This document shows, piece by piece, positions 20,845 through 29,343 of a stretch of DNA of 64,000 bases; positions within the stretch are counted from its first letter, which is position 1; every line of letters starts with the position of its first letter. The notes under the pieces are model-generated. The model was not told the origin of the DNA, did no database searches, and worked only from the letters and a program-made list of their open reading frames with translations. Position numbers and translations under genes: made by a program. Source of the DNA: Candidatus Helarchaeota archaeon (GTDB lineage Archaea; Asgardarchaeota; Lokiarchaeia; Helarchaeales; RDOG01). Where the stretch lies: the NCBI GenBank assembly GCA_019058315.1, contig JAHPZH010000002.1, forward strand, positions 1,229,910-1,293,909, in the 5' to 3' direction.

Positions 20845-21321
20845 ATGAATAGCCTGATATTTAAAATGGAACATAAAAATAAACCTGAAAAAGAGCTATA
20901 TATAGAATTGGAAGAAAAAATAAAGAATATAAAAAGAGATAAAAGAGAATTAGCAATACAAATAAAAAATATGGAAACCTATTTAATAACATTATTTAAA
21001 AAATATGAATTAATCGAGGAGAAAATAGCAGCACGTAAATTAAAACTCGATGTAAAGGTCTTATCAAATTTAGAAGAAAAAACAGTGGATTTAGAGAAAG
21101 CAATTGAATTAACTAAAGAACAATATGAACAAACAAATCAAATTATAAATGAGTGTCAAAAAAAGTTAGAAGAAGCACGGGATGAAGGATTACAAGACCT
21201 TATTAAAAGAATTCAATTTCTTCAAGACAAAACTAAAATAAATGGACTTAAATTATCAGATCTAGAGGTTTTAAATAAAGAAATAGATGAAATTTATAAA
21301 AGAATAGAGAAAATTAAATAA
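20845..21321 (+). CDS. Coiled-coil protein
   Basis: Heptad-rich K/E/L sequence; its C-terminal 44 aa resemble the tail of the LRR protein. Confidence 0.75.
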   Translation: MNSLIFKMEHKNKPEKELYIELEEKIKNIKRDKRELAIQIKNMETYLITLFKKYELIEEKIAARKLKLDVKVLSNLEEKTVDLEKAIELTKEQYEQTNQIINECQKKLEEARDEGLQDLIKRIQFLQDKTKINGLKLSDLEVLNKEIDEIYKRIEKIK

Positions 21322-21333
21322 TTAATTCAAAAA

Positions 21334-24153
21334 TTGTTGATGTTTAAAATGAAATCCGATAATATAGTGATTGTACCGACCACCCACTGGGATAGAGAAT
21401 GGTATATTCCATTTAATGAGTTTAGGGCATATTTAGTGCTAATGATTGATAAGTTAATTGATATTCTTAATAACGATCCAAAGTTTAATAATTTTACATT
21501 AGATGGTCAGACAATTCCTTTAGAAGATTATTTAGAAGTAAGACCTGAAAAAGAAGACTTGATTAAGAAATTTGTTAAGGAAAGTCGACTTTCCATTGGT
21601 CCAATGTATATTTTGCCTGATGAATTTTTAATTAGTGGAGAATCTTTTATTAAAAATTTATTATTGGGGCATAAAATCTCCAGAAAATTCGGAAGAGTAA
21701 TGAAGGCAGGATATATTCCGGATCCATTTGGTCACATCGCCCAATTACCTCAAATATTAAGTGGCTTTGAAATACCTTCTGCATTATTCGCAAGGGGATT
21801 TGGAAATGAATTTAAAGAGAATAATTTAGATATGGAATTTATTTGGAATTCACCCGGAAACGCCGCATCGGTTATTGGAGTCCATTTAATAGGTGGCTAT
21901 TTTTCAGCAGCAGCTCTAAGTACGAAGATAAAGGAAGGTAAATATAAAAAAGCAATTGGTCAAATTAGAAGAGCTGTTAAACGATTTGAAGGATACACCT
22001 CAACGAGCATGGCTTTACTTAATAATGGATCAGATCATCTTTTTGCGCAACCGCATGTTCCAGAAATTGTAAAGCAATGGAACGAAGAATATCCTGAAAA
22101 ATTATTAGAAATAAATGATTTTGAATATTACATTAAAAAAGTATCAGAAAAAAATCCAAGATTAAAAATATTTCAAGGTGAATTACGGGGAGGAAAATAT
22201 ATGCCCCTTCTTTCTGGAGTTTTTTCGGCTAGAATGTGGATAAAACAGCAAAACACAGAAATAGAGTATTTGTATGAAAAATATACTGAACCTATATCTG
22301 CAATAACGTGGGCTCTTGATAAATACAATAGATTCAACTATCCAAAGGATTATATCTGGACAGGCTTGAAATGGTTATTAAAAAATCATCCTCATGATTC
22401 AATTTGTGGTTGTTCAATTGATGAAGTACATGATGAAATGAGAACAAGATTTCAGTGGTCAAAGCAAATAGGGAATGAAATTCTTAAAAATTCATTTATT
22501 TACCTTTCAGATTTAATAAAATTAGATACTTCAGATAAAAATAAGCATGCTGTTATAATTTACAACCCTCTTCCATGGAAGCGAAAAGATATTGCTTCAT
22601 TTGATTTAATTGTACGAAATCTAAAAGCTGGGAAGCATGATAATAAACCTATTAATAATATTAATTTAATTGATTCGGATGGAAATGAAATTGAATATCA
22701 ACAAGTCAGAATTAAAGAGCAACCAAGATATTTGGAGGAACAAAATTCAACAAATAGAATTAGTTTCATCGCAGATGTTCCAGCATTAGGTTATAAGGTA
22801 TTTTATATTGCACCTATAGAAACTGTGAAAGAATTCTCTACAGAAAATAACGACTTCAAATTAACAGAGAATTCACTAGAAAACGAATTTTACAAAATAG
22901 ATATTAAATTAAATGGACAAATTAACATTTTTGATAAAATAGATGGCATTTTATACGAAAATATTTGCCAATTCGAGGATGTTGGAGATTGGGGCGATGA
23001 ATACGATTATTCAGGACCCCATGGAGAGAGAAAAGATACCATATTTTCTACTAAAGATGCTATACACGTTAAGATAAAACCCTTTATAGACGGTCCTTCA
23101 GAAAAAGTAATCAAAATTGATCTAACACTATATTTACCCTCCTATTTATCTCCTGATCGTCTAACACGTGAAAAAAATCTTGTTAGAAATGATGCAAGTC
23201 TTTATATCTTTTTATATAAGGGGATAAACCGAATAGATTTCAAATTTGAAATTGAAAATGCTAGTAAAGACCATCGACTACGTATTTTATTTCCTTCTAA
23301 AATTAAATCAGAGAAAGTATATACAGATGGGCACTTTTATATCGTTCCTAGAGATGTAAATTTACCGAACGATGAAAATTGGGCGCAAAAAGCGTTACCT
23401 ACAAACCATCAAAAAGATTTTGTATGTGTTTTTGATAAAAACAAATGTTTCGCAGTTTTAAACAAAGGGTTACCCGAATACGAAGCAATAAAAGAAATTG
23501 ATGGCACAATAACTTTGGCTATAACGTTATTAAGGTGCATTGGGTGGCTTTCACGTGGTGATTTCGCAACAAGAGGAACTATTGCAGGTCCCGATCTAAA
23601 TACTCCTGAGGCTCAATGTCTGGGAAAGCATTCATTTGAATTTTCATTAACTATACAACATAAGAAAGGAGATTATCTGGATTCAGAAATTCATGTATTA
23701 GGAAAAGAATTTAACAATCCTCTAATGTCCATTATACCCGAGACCGTAAAAACCCCTATAAGGGCATTAAATAAGATTGTTCTAAGCCCAATAGCTGTAT
23801 TAGCAGTATTTAGAACTCCTCTTCGTAAAGAAATTGAAGAATTTTTACCGCCAACCTTAAGCTTTTTAGAAATTGATAATAAAAAAATCTTATTAAGCGC
23901 TTTAAAACAATCAGAAGCTGGAGATACATTAATTATTAGATTGTATAATTTATCTCCGAAGAAAGAATCATGTAATCTCAAATTTTTTGAAGGTATTTCA
24001 ATTAAAAATGTAGAAATTACCAATTTTCTAGAGGAAAAGCCAAAAAATGAAATAAAGGCAGATATTAAATTAATTAATAAGAATAATATAGATTTATCTT
24101 TAGAACCGTATGTTATAGTTACCATTAAAGTTAAAATCTTAAATAAAAATTAG
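21334..24153 (+). CDS. Alpha-mannosidase (GH38, MngB-like)
   Basis: Motifs THWDREWY, LDGQ, PDEFL, PDPFGH, NGSDH and HPHDSICGCS. A start at ATG 21349 is possible. Confidence 0.93.
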   Translation: MLMFKMKSDNIVIVPTTHWDREWYIPFNEFRAYLVLMIDKLIDILNNDPKFNNFTLDGQTIPLEDYLEVRPEKEDLIKKFVKESRLSIGPMYILPDEFLISGESFIKNLLLGHKISRKFGRVMKAGYIPDPFGHIAQLPQILSGFEIPSALFARGFGNEFKENNLDMEFIWNSPGNAASVIGVHLIGGYFSAAALSTKIKEGKYKKAIGQIRRAVKRFEGYTSTSMALLNNGSDHLFAQPHVPEIVKQWNEEYPEKLLEINDFEYYIKKVSEKNPRLKIFQGELRGGKYMPLLSGVFSARMWIKQQNTEIEYLYEKYTEPISAITWALDKYNRFNYPKDYIWTGLKWLLKNHPHDSICGCSIDEVHDEMRTRFQWSKQIGNEILKNSFIYLSDLIKLDTSDKNKHAVIIYNPLPWKRKDIASFDLIVRNLKAGKHDNKPINNINLIDSDGNEIEYQQVRIKEQPRYLEEQNSTNRISFIADVPALGYKVFYIAPIETVKEFSTENNDFKLTENSLENEFYKIDIKLNGQINIFDKIDGILYENICQFEDVGDWGDEYDYSGPHGERKDTIFSTKDAIHVKIKPFIDGPSEKVIKIDLTLYLPSYLSPDRLTREKNLVRNDASLYIFLYKGINRIDFKFEIENASKDHRLRILFPSKIKSEKVYTDGHFYIVPRDVNLPNDENWAQKALPTNHQKDFVCVFDKNKCFAVLNKGLPEYEAIKEIDGTITLAITLLRCIGWLSRGDFATRGTIAGPDLNTPEAQCLGKHSFEFSLTIQHKKGDYLDSEIHVLGKEFNNPLMSIIPETVKTPIRALNKIVLSPIAVLAVFRTPLRKEIEEFLPPTLSFLEIDNKKILLSALKQSEAGDTLIIRLYNLSPKKESCNLKFFEGISIKNVEITNFLEEKPKNEIKADIKLINKNNIDLSLEPYVIVTIKVKILNKN

Positions 24154-24360
24154 AAAAACCTCAATTTTTTTTCTTTTTTCTTTTTTTTGAAATCAATATT
24201 TTTTTAATTTTTTTATTGAAAGATCCGCAATCAACATCACACTTTTTTGAGAAAATCGAAAAACTTTTTAAAGGGATCACACAAGATTCTTATACTATCA
24301 TAAAACATTTGAAAAAATAAAAAAAATCAAAATATTAAAAAAAAATAGGAGTATAGAGAT

Positions 24361-24573
24361 TTGGGTCAAACCCGTGTAAAAGAAAATGGGGTATACAAAA
24401 TGAAAGTGATCAATGGAGGAGATGGGGTATTAACGGAGAAAGTTGGGCTAACAAACGAAATCTGCGAGAATCATGATATAATTACTTACCGAGGAATACG
24501 CGTATGCCAAAATTGTAAAACAGTTTTCGGCCCTTCCTTCAATTTAAATTCGTATAAAAAAGATTGCCAATAA
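24361..24573 (+). CDS. Small zinc-ribbon protein
   Basis: CENH...VCQNCKTV; GGAG ribosome-binding site upstream. Confidence 0.55.
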   Translation: MGQTRVKENGVYKMKVINGGDGVLTEKVGLTNEICENHDIITYRGIRVCQNCKTVFGPSFNLNSYKKDCQ

Positions 24574-24601
24574 AAGTAGTAAAATTTTTATTTTTCTTTT
24601 T

Positions 24602-26119
24602 TTAAACTATTTTCTTCTCGAGCTTATACTTATTTATTAGGAATTCAGCACATTTAAAACCACTATCTGCAGCTATTTGTGTCCCTATTCCATGAGTATC
24701 AGTTCCAGCACTATCACCGACTACAAATAGATTATCGATAGGTAACTGAGAGCTTATACGATATTTACCAGATTGGTCCTGTGTCAATGCAGTTCCTTCA
24801 ACAGAACAGTTACCTGTAAATATCGAAAAATTTGTTGTAACTTCAATTTTACCCGTTGTTGGAGACGGAGTAGAAACATCCATAAAAATCTTATGATCAT
24901 CAATTTCGGGGTGAAATTCTAAAATACTTTCATAATATTTCTTTATCCAAGGATCCCAATTTTGTTTTTCTCGAGTAGGTGGTCCAATGCTTCCACATAT
25001 AAGTAATTGCTTTCCTGGTGGTGCTAAATTCGAATCTATATTACTAGGTATGGGAACCATAAAAGCCGGTTTATCTGGAATTTCTCCTCTTTCCACTGCA
25101 TCGTATGCTTCATCTATAGATTTTAGTTGGGATGTGAAATCGTCTACATTGAATAAATGTACAGATGAAAAATTTGGAATAATTATTTTATCCAAAGCGA
25201 TTTTCAACACGATTGAGCTCCAAGATTCTTTCAAATTATTCACTTTATTTAAATAACTATTCTCAAAATATTTTGGTCCTACTAAAGTTTGAATTGTTTG
25301 TTTGATGTTTAAATTGCTAATTATAATTCTAGAATCTATCCTTGTTCCATCCTCCAGTTCAACCCCTGTCGCTCTATCATTTTCAATCACAATTTGTTTA
25401 ACTTTAGTATTTGTAAGCACGGTTCCACCGAATTTTTTAATACCTTCAACAAATGCACTGGGAATAGCGATACATCCACCAATGGGATATGAAGTATCAT
25501 TTTTAATCATCATTTCTTGATATGAACGTAGAAATTCACCAGCACTTGTGAGACGTGGGGGAATTACAAACATTAAACCATCAAACCAACTAAGAAAAGA
25601 TTTTATTCTATCCGATTCTGTCAAACTGTCAAGAAATGTATATAAACTAACTTTCTCATCTAGCATTTGGCGTATTTTTCTTTTAGAAATTCCTAACAAC
25701 TTAAATGATACTTTTAACATTTCTTCCTGCTCTTCAGAAGTAAATCCAAGCAGTTTTAAGTTTTCTTGGGCCTCTTCTGGTGAACGTTCCTCATTCTCAG
25801 AAACGCCCATTTTTATATAATCTGTATTTATTAATCGAATCGCAGAATTCGTAGCAATTCCAGTTGAGAACTTTAAATTCTGTAAACCACATCTTTTTAA
25901 TACTTTCCCAAAAATTCCCTTAAGTCCTACTGGAATTATATGACATGCTTGATCAATAATAAAACCTTCTTTATAATAAGAACTACATGCTCCTCCAACT
26001 TGGGCATTTTTTTCTAATATAAGTGTTTTGAAACCTGCTTGAGATAACAATGCTGCACAAATTGTTCCACCTATACCTGCTCCGATTACTATCACATCGA
26101 ACGATTCATCTTTAAACAT
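24602..26119 (-). CDS. Phytoene desaturase/CrtI-family FAD oxidoreductase
   Basis: Motifs VIGAGIGG, LEKN..VGG, YPIGG, PSNID.NLAPPGK and LFVVGD. Confidence 0.85.
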   Translation of the reverse strand: MFKDESFDVIVIGAGIGGTICAALLSQAGFKTLILEKNAQVGGACSSYYKEGFIIDQACHIIPVGLKGIFGKVLKRCGLQNLKFSTGIATNSAIRLINTDYIKMGVSENEERSPEEAQENLKLLGFTSEEQEEMLKVSFKLLGISKRKIRQMLDEKVSLYTFLDSLTESDRIKSFLSWFDGLMFVIPPRLTSAGEFLRSYQEMMIKNDTSYPIGGCIAIPSAFVEGIKKFGGTVLTNTKVKQIVIENDRATGVELEDGTRIDSRIIISNLNIKQTIQTLVGPKYFENSYLNKVNNLKESWSSIVLKIALDKIIIPNFSSVHLFNVDDFTSQLKSIDEAYDAVERGEIPDKPAFMVPIPSNIDSNLAPPGKQLLICGSIGPPTREKQNWDPWIKKYYESILEFHPEIDDHKIFMDVSTPSPTTGKIEVTTNFSIFTGNCSVEGTALTQDQSGKYRISSQLPIDNLFVVGDSAGTDTHGIGTQIAADSGFKCAEFLINKYKLEKKIV

Positions 26120-26130
26120 TAATTTCTCCT

Positions 26131-26628
26131 CTATAATTTTAGTTCTAACCTCATACTAACCATATCCCATATACCTTTATCAGCTTTTTCTAAAATTAAA
26201 CGTTCTTTAAACCCAATTTTTTTATAAAATGCAATTGTTCTGCCATAATTTTCATCAGCATGATGAGGAGCAACTGTTTCAACATCAATATATTTGCATT
26301 TTTTTTCTTTAGCATATAAAATAAGTTTTTCAACAAGTTTTTTGCCAATTCCTTTTCTATGGTATTTCTCAAGAACACCAATCCAACTTAATTCAAGCCC
26401 CTCTTCTTTTATTTTATAGGTAATAAACCCAACAACATTATCATTAACAATTGCAACGTATCCTCTTTGGTTAGGGAACTCCTTTTCCATTGTTTCAATT
26501 GCTTCTGGATCAAACCATTTCGATTCTTCTTTTTTATGCACTAGAGTTTCTGCGACTTTCAATGCTTGCTTTAAATTAATTTGGTCCATATTTTTGATTA
26601 TAATTTTATCCATTATCGTAACTTCCAT
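26131..26628 (-). CDS. GNAT acetyltransferase
   Basis: Motifs HRKGIGKKL and FYKKIGF. Confidence 0.85.
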   Translation of the reverse strand: MEVTIMDKIIIKNMDQINLKQALKVAETLVHKKEESKWFDPEAIETMEKEFPNQRGYVAIVNDNVVGFITYKIKEEGLELSWIGVLEKYHRKGIGKKLVEKLILYAKEKKCKYIDVETVAPHHADENYGRTIAFYKKIGFKERLILEKADKGIWDMVSMRLELKL

Positions 26629-26797
26629 GAAAAAATGATAAAAAGATTTTCAGGCTTTCAGACGCTTAAACCAATCGGAGAAAAATGCTAAAAGTAATAT
26701 ATTGAGTATTATTTAAAAAAATTATAAATTTAATTGAAGGGCAAAAAAATAAGCCTAACTTAAATGAATTACTACCTATAAGAAGAGGTATTATTAA

Positions 26798-27454
26798 ATG
26801 GAAATTATTGAAAAATTCACCCTCCAAGGGCATACAGATAAAGTGACTTCGGTTACGGTTTCCCCCGACTCCAAGTATATTGTAAGCGGATCATGGGACG
26901 ATACCTTGAGGGTGTGGCAACTGGATACGGGAGTGCTTGTTCTCACTCTCCAAGGATATATGGAAGTAGTGGGTTCGGTCTCCCCCGATTCCAAGTACAT
27001 TGTAAGCGGATCAGCTAACAATACTGTAAACATCTGGCAGATGGATACGGGAGCGCTTGTTCGTACCCTCGAAGGGCATACAGATTGTGTGCTTTCGGTC
27101 GCAGTCTCCCCCGACTCCAAGTACATTGTAAGCGGGTCAACTGATTATACCGTGAGGGTGTGGAGGCTGGATACGGGAGTATTTGTTCGCACCCTCCAAG
27201 GGCATACAGATGGTGTGAATTCGGTTGCGATCTCCCCCGACTCCGAGTACATTGTAAGCGGGTCAACTGACAATACCGTGAGGGTGTGGCGATTTGATAC
27301 GGGAGCACTTGTTCACACCCTCCAAGGGCATAAAGATAATGTGATTTCGGTCGCGGTCTCCCCCGACTCCAAATACATTGTAAGCGGAGGATGGGATAAT
27401 TCCGTGAGGGTGTGGAGGTTTGTGATGTCTGAGGAGAAAGGAAACAAAAAATAA
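26798..27454 (+). CDS. WD40-repeat protein, five highly similar repeats
   Basis: LQGHTD.V.SV.VSPDSKYIVSGS.D.TVRVW repeated five times. Confidence 0.93.
   Translation: MEIIEKFTLQGHTDKVTSVTVSPDSKYIVSGSWDDTLRVWQLDTGVLVLTLQGYMEVVGSVSPDSKYIVSGSANNTVNIWQMDTGALVRTLEGHTDCVLSVAVSPDSKYIVSGSTDYTVRVWRLDTGVFVRTLQGHTDGVNSVAISPDSEYIVSGSTDNTVRVWRFDTGALVHTLQGHKDNVISVAVSPDSKYIVSGGWDNSVRVWRFVMSEEKGNKK
26819..27420 (+). repeat. ~126-bp tandem coding repeats (WD40 units), GC-rich
   Basis: Recurrent 'tcccccgactccaagtacattgtaagcgg'; 31/60 G+C at 27121-27180. Confidence 0.9.
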
Positions 27455-27487
27455 AAGGCTAAGAGAAAAGAAATAGATCCAAAAAAA

Positions 27488-28561
27488 CTATGCTATTGGA
27501 TAATATCCATATGTTTCAATGGCTTTTGAAATTGCTAATATGTTTGGTAGTGGAACATTCCATGGTAAAGCACAGATTGGGCTAACCATGTATCTTCCTC
27601 CAGGTGCTAGATTAAGAATATTTTCTTTTACTTTTTCTTCGACATCTAAAGGTGTTCCAGTTAGTAATTCTTGACTTACATCTATTGTTGCTCCCATTAT
27701 AGTAACTTTGGGAAATTTTTTCTTAAAATCAACCCAATAATTGATGTCTAGCGGATGTGATCCATTTACAGCTATAAAATCAATTTCATTACAAATTTCT
27801 TTAAAGTAAGGTTTCATTCCGCAATTGTGAAGAATAAAAGGAACTCCTAATTCTTTTTGCAATCTATTAATAAATTGACCCTCGAATTTCATAGCATCCT
27901 CAAAACTCATCATAGTTTTATTAAATGAATATCCTGTATAAAAGATAGAAGGAATAGGACCAACTTCCTTAGTCCAATCATGATATAGATTTATTTGAGA
28001 TTGATAAATTTTTTCACATAGTTCCAATAATATTTCTGGATTTTCACGCATATCCTTAAATGCTTGAACTCCTCGTAACTGTTGAACAAGATTCCAAATA
28101 CCGAGACTTAATGCATGTCCAACTTTTCTTTTTTCACGCACTCGTTTTACAGCAGCAAAAGTAGTTTTCCATAATTTAATTTCTTTATGATCAGGAAGTT
28201 TTAAATTTTCAATATCTTCTACAGTTTGGCAGATTTTTCCTTGTTCGATAAAAATTGGGAGGTAATCGAACCATTTTATTACATTTTTTTTATCATTCGC
28301 CTCTGCAAAGGCTAATGCTTCACTTGGTCCTGCCCATGCAGTTGGGATATGTAAAGTATCAACGTTTAAAAATTCACTTGCCATTATAGTAGAATCTGCT
28401 AGGATTTTTGGAGAACTATATAATGTTCTGACATTAATTCCGGCTATACGAGTAATCATTTGTTCCATAATTAGAGCAAAATATGGAACTCTGTCAACTT
28501 TTCCAGCACCTAATAATGTATTTATGAATCTTTTACTTGAAGCTTTCCAATCATGTGACAT
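27488..28561 (-). CDS. Uroporphyrinogen decarboxylase-fold methylcobamide:thiol methyltransferase (MtaA/MT2-like)
   Basis: LHNCG and SPICAL provide Zn-ligand-like His/Cys/Cys residues; directly downstream of the corrinoid protein gene. ATG at 28561 preferred as start. Confidence 0.75.
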   Translation of the reverse strand: MSHDWKASSKRFINTLLGAGKVDRVPYFALIMEQMITRIAGINVRTLYSSPKILADSTIMASEFLNVDTLHIPTAWAGPSEALAFAEANDKKNVIKWFDYLPIFIEQGKICQTVEDIENLKLPDHKEIKLWKTTFAAVKRVREKRKVGHALSLGIWNLVQQLRGVQAFKDMRENPEILLELCEKIYQSQINLYHDWTKEVGPIPSIFYTGYSFNKTMMSFEDAMKFEGQFINRLQKELGVPFILHNCGMKPYFKEICNEIDFIAVNGSHPLDINYWVDFKKKFPKVTIMGATIDVSQELLTGTPLDVEEKVKENILNLAPGGRYMVSPICALPWNVPLPNILAISKAIETYGYYPIA

Positions 28562-28562
28562 A

Positions 28563-29228
28563 TTATAAACCCTCATTACTTTTTAACGTAACAAGTTTTT
28601 TTATTTTTCTAATCCCATCCCATCCATCAACGGCAAAGTCATCTGCGCCTATCATCTCACAAGATTTCTTTGATAAAATTCCTCCACCAATAATAATTTT
28701 AGATTTAATATTCTCTTCCTTAAGTAACATTACTGTTTCTTGCATTTTTGTTATGGTGGCAGTCAATAAACCACTTAATCCTATAACATCTGGATTTATT
28801 TCTTTTGCTTTTTCAACAAATTTAATTGGAGGAACGTCAGTTCCTAAATCAACAACATTATAACCTTGACCTTGTAATAGCGAATTTATTATATTCTTCC
28901 CAATAGAATGAATATCTCCCTCTGGGGTTCCTATTAATATAGTTCCTAAAGATTTTTGGCCATTACTTTTTTGTAAATGAGGTTTTAATAATTCTACAGC
29001 TGTAGTCATGACATCTGCAGATAACAATAATTCTGGAAGGTAAATCTCTGATTTTTCATATAAATTTCCAATTTCTTCAGCTCCCTTGGCTATCCCCTCA
29101 TTTAAAATTTCTTTAACATCTAATCCGGATTGTAATGCTTCTTTTATTGATTCAATTGCTTGGTCTTTATTTCCTTCCATAATCGATTTAATTAATGACT
29201 CTATATTATCTTGCATTATTTTTACCAT
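28563..29228 (-). CDS. Corrinoid (B12-binding) methyltransferase protein, MtaC/MttC-like
   Basis: Motifs YLPELL, EGDIHSIGK, DLGTDVP, GLSGL and IIGGG. Confidence 0.92.
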   Translation of the reverse strand: MVKIMQDNIESLIKSIMEGNKDQAIESIKEALQSGLDVKEILNEGIAKGAEEIGNLYEKSEIYLPELLLSADVMTTAVELLKPHLQKSNGQKSLGTILIGTPEGDIHSIGKNIINSLLQGQGYNVVDLGTDVPPIKFVEKAKEINPDVIGLSGLLTATITKMQETVMLLKEENIKSKIIIGGGILSKKSCEMIGADDFAVDGWDGIRKIKKLVTLKSNEGL

Positions 29229-29343
29229 CCAAATTACTAACTCGGTGAAGTGTTTTCAATATTAAATAAAAATTTAAGTGTTATTTTAAAAATTAATTGT
29301 TAGATGTAAAATATTGTTAAGAATTAAAATACTTTATACCAGT

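Noticed and set aside
20845-21321. Coiled-coil protein as an ESCRT-III/PspA/SNARE homolog
   Set aside because: Only a generic heptad pattern, with no family-specific motif.
26794-27308. Antisense ORFs with repeated 'MYLESGET'
   Set aside because: They are shadows of the repetitive WD40 gene on the opposite strand.
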